Of a stretch of DNA of 47,920 nt, positions 46,315 through 47,920 are shown in pieces. The notes under the pieces were generated by a model, which did no database searches, was not told the DNA's origin, and saw nothing but the letters and a program-made list of their open reading frames with translations. Location: IMG/VR virus record IMGVR_UViG_3300038974_000756, positions 1 to 47,920 of that record; one strand, given 5' to 3'. This DNA comes from a virus. Lineage: Duplodnaviria; Caudoviricetes. The stretch's first letter is position 1; every line of letters begins with the position of its first letter. Both the position numbers and the translations under genes were made by a program.

Positions 46315-46835
46315 TGGATTTATTGCCCTCCACGTCTGTTACTGCCCTCGTAGAGGGCTTACGTTGTCTCCCTCTTACATATCCCGATACATATTACCCG
46401 CAGGTAACGTTTATTCAAGTAGTGCATACAGCTCTTGATTGTTTCTTCCTAGAAAAATACTATGTAGAAGTAATTCCTATGAAGGAAGAAATCGTCTTTG
46501 ATCGTGCATTTACCCCTGTATGCATTAATAAAGAGCGTAACAATGAAGTACAGTCGTTTGATATGGAAGGAAATCTATTACATACATATCAACGGCTTCC
46601 TTATAATCCGCTTGTGCTTCGTGAACTCCCCTCTGGAGATGAATATTATCCGGGATTTTGGACTACTCGAGATTTATATGTAGATAGAATACGCAGATTT
46701 TGGATGAAGCATAACCCTAAGGGATTGTTTTGTTACAGCATAAAGCATGATGGGAGATATAGCTTCTATCCCATTATAAAAAAACCGTTGCCTGCATATG
46801 TAGATCAAACAGGGTTTCATAAGATGGACGACTAG
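46314..46835 (+). CDS. Hypothetical protein
   Basis: 173-aa ORF coupled by TAATG overlap. Confidence 0.55.
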   Translation: MDLLPSTSVTALVEGLRCLPLTYPDTYYPQVTFIQVVHTALDCFFLEKYYVEVIPMKEEIVFDRAFTPVCINKERNNEVQSFDMEGNLLHTYQRLPYNPLVLRELPSGDEYYPGFWTTRDLYVDRIRRFWMKHNPKGLFCYSIKHDGRYSFYPIIKKPLPAYVDQTGFHKMDD

Positions 46836-47115
46836 TTGTATAGTATTTTTTACCAACTGGATTGGGAATGGACGAGAATTTCTGACTCACGGAGCCCCCA
46901 AGTAAAAAACGCTGTATACAGTCCTGTAAACCCAGCAGAGTATTTTGGAACTGAAGAATAATATTCTTATATCATATACAACAGGGGCTAACAATGTACG
47001 AGATCAAAAAAGAAGGTAGCTGGTTTGTTATTTATCGCAATGGTCAGTGGATTGATATGGTTAGATCGCTTGCTGCGGCTAAACGTCTTGTAAAACAGTA
47101 TCAAGGAAAATAACA

Positions 47116-47601
47116 ATGAATTGCCCAACATGCAAACAAGAAATGAGAATAACCGGAGTTACCTACGATTACCCGTTCATCGATGTAGGGGAGGGGGAAG
47201 TATCCCAGCCACGCGAGCATGTATTTTTTAATTGCGATTCTTGTCAAGAAGCATATGTCTCTTATGCAGGAGAGAAAGTTCAGAAATTACGTGCCCCAAG
47301 GAAAACGAAGGAACAGCGCGAGTTAGAAGCAAAGAAGGAAGCACAAAAAGCAAAGATGCGCGCTATGTATGAGGAGCGTCAGAAAGAAAAGGCCGCTGCC
47401 AAGGAAAAGGAACGCAAGGAATTGCTTGCTCTTATCAATAAGAATGTTGAAGAAACCGAATCTGTTCGTGTAACAGGACCCTCTGCTCCTAAGAAAGAGA
47501 AGCAAGCTAAGAAAAAGGGTAAACTTACTGACGAGGAGAAGAAAGCGCGTTCACGTGAATATTGCCGTCAACGGTACTTACGATTAAAAGCGCAAAAGTA
47601 A
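47116..47601 (+). CDS. Zinc-ribbon, basic coiled-coil protein
   Basis: CPTC...CDSC; Lys/Arg-rich C-terminus. Confidence 0.6.
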   Translation: MNCPTCKQEMRITGVTYDYPFIDVGEGEVSQPREHVFFNCDSCQEAYVSYAGEKVQKLRAPRKTKEQRELEAKKEAQKAKMRAMYEERQKEKAAAKEKERKELLALINKNVEETESVRVTGPSAPKKEKQAKKKGKLTDEEKKARSREYCRQRYLRLKAQK

Positions 47602-47607
47602 TGTATA

Positions 47608-47636
47608 GGACCTTCAAGTCTGAAGGTCTTTTTTTT
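47608..47636 (+). terminator. Rho-independent terminator
   Basis: GGACCTTCA-AGTC-TGAAGGTCT then T-run. Confidence 0.85.
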
Positions 47637-47662
47637 ATACTAATAGCACATAAGGAGTATCT

Positions 47663-47920
47663 ATGAAAGACATAGCACCGAAGCAGGATTTTGTTCTCAT
47701 CGAGGTTGTAGAGAAAGGTAAAGATGATGGTATGACCAAAACTAAAAGTGGTTTGTATCTGCTAGGAAAAGAGGCCGCTAAAACCACAGCTGGGTTTGGG
47801 CATAGCACACATAAGTTTGTCGTACGTGGAGTGGGTCCTGAAGTGAAGGATATCAAAGTTGATGCCTTGGTTCTCTTTTCCGACCACTACGCTAACTCAA
47901 TTAAAGATGATGATGATAGA
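47663..47920 (+). CDS. groES: GroES-like co-chaperonin (runs off window end)
   Basis: MKDIAPKQDFVLIEVV...TKTKSGLYL...VVRGVGPEVKDIKVDALVLFSDH; ACTAAT and AAGGAG upstream; not in ORF track. Confidence 0.75.
   Translation, partial: MKDIAPKQDFVLIEVVEKGKDDGMTKTKSGLYLLGKEAAKTTAGFGHSTHKFVVRGVGPEVKDIKVDALVLFSDHYANSIKDDDDR

Overview
This window is a segment of a large dsDNA (jumbo-type, probably myovirus) phage genome read in genetic code 11; one secreted-protein gene and a tRNA-Arg(GCG) weakly hint at a spirochaete host. 1-6.6 kb holds baseplate/virion genes. 6.6-10.3 kb is a minus-strand replication module (RecA, dUTPase, initiator-like HTH protein, DnaX-like clamp loader) beside a candidate origin. 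10.5-27 kb holds small structural, membrane and accessory genes, a GIY-YIG endonuclease split by an intact TnpB-only IS200/IS605 element, and an rtcB gene invaded by an HNH endonuclease that supplies a replacement N-terminus. 27-42.8 kb is an RNA-dense island with about 31 tRNAs (none encoding CCA, many non-canonical), a split tRNA-Ile, tmRNA-like RNAs reduced to the tRNA-like domain, a GOLLD-like large RNA candidate, four PD-(D/E)XK endonucleases and Pth2. The best candidate for an undescribed system is a DUF2828 (TROVE/Ro60-like + vWA) gene at 42807-44297 with a family of Y-RNA-like elements (closing helix + CAGCAA motif). Four elements plus a stem-only copy lie just upstream of the gene, two displaying Lys- and Phe-like anticodon stem-loops. 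Two more in the tRNA array carry circularly permuted tRNA mimics (T-arm, acceptor, D-arm) as in YrlA RNAs. With RtcB, Pth2 and the mini-tmRNA this suggests a phage RNA-repair/translation-rescue arsenal. All calls are by eye; no database searches were run.
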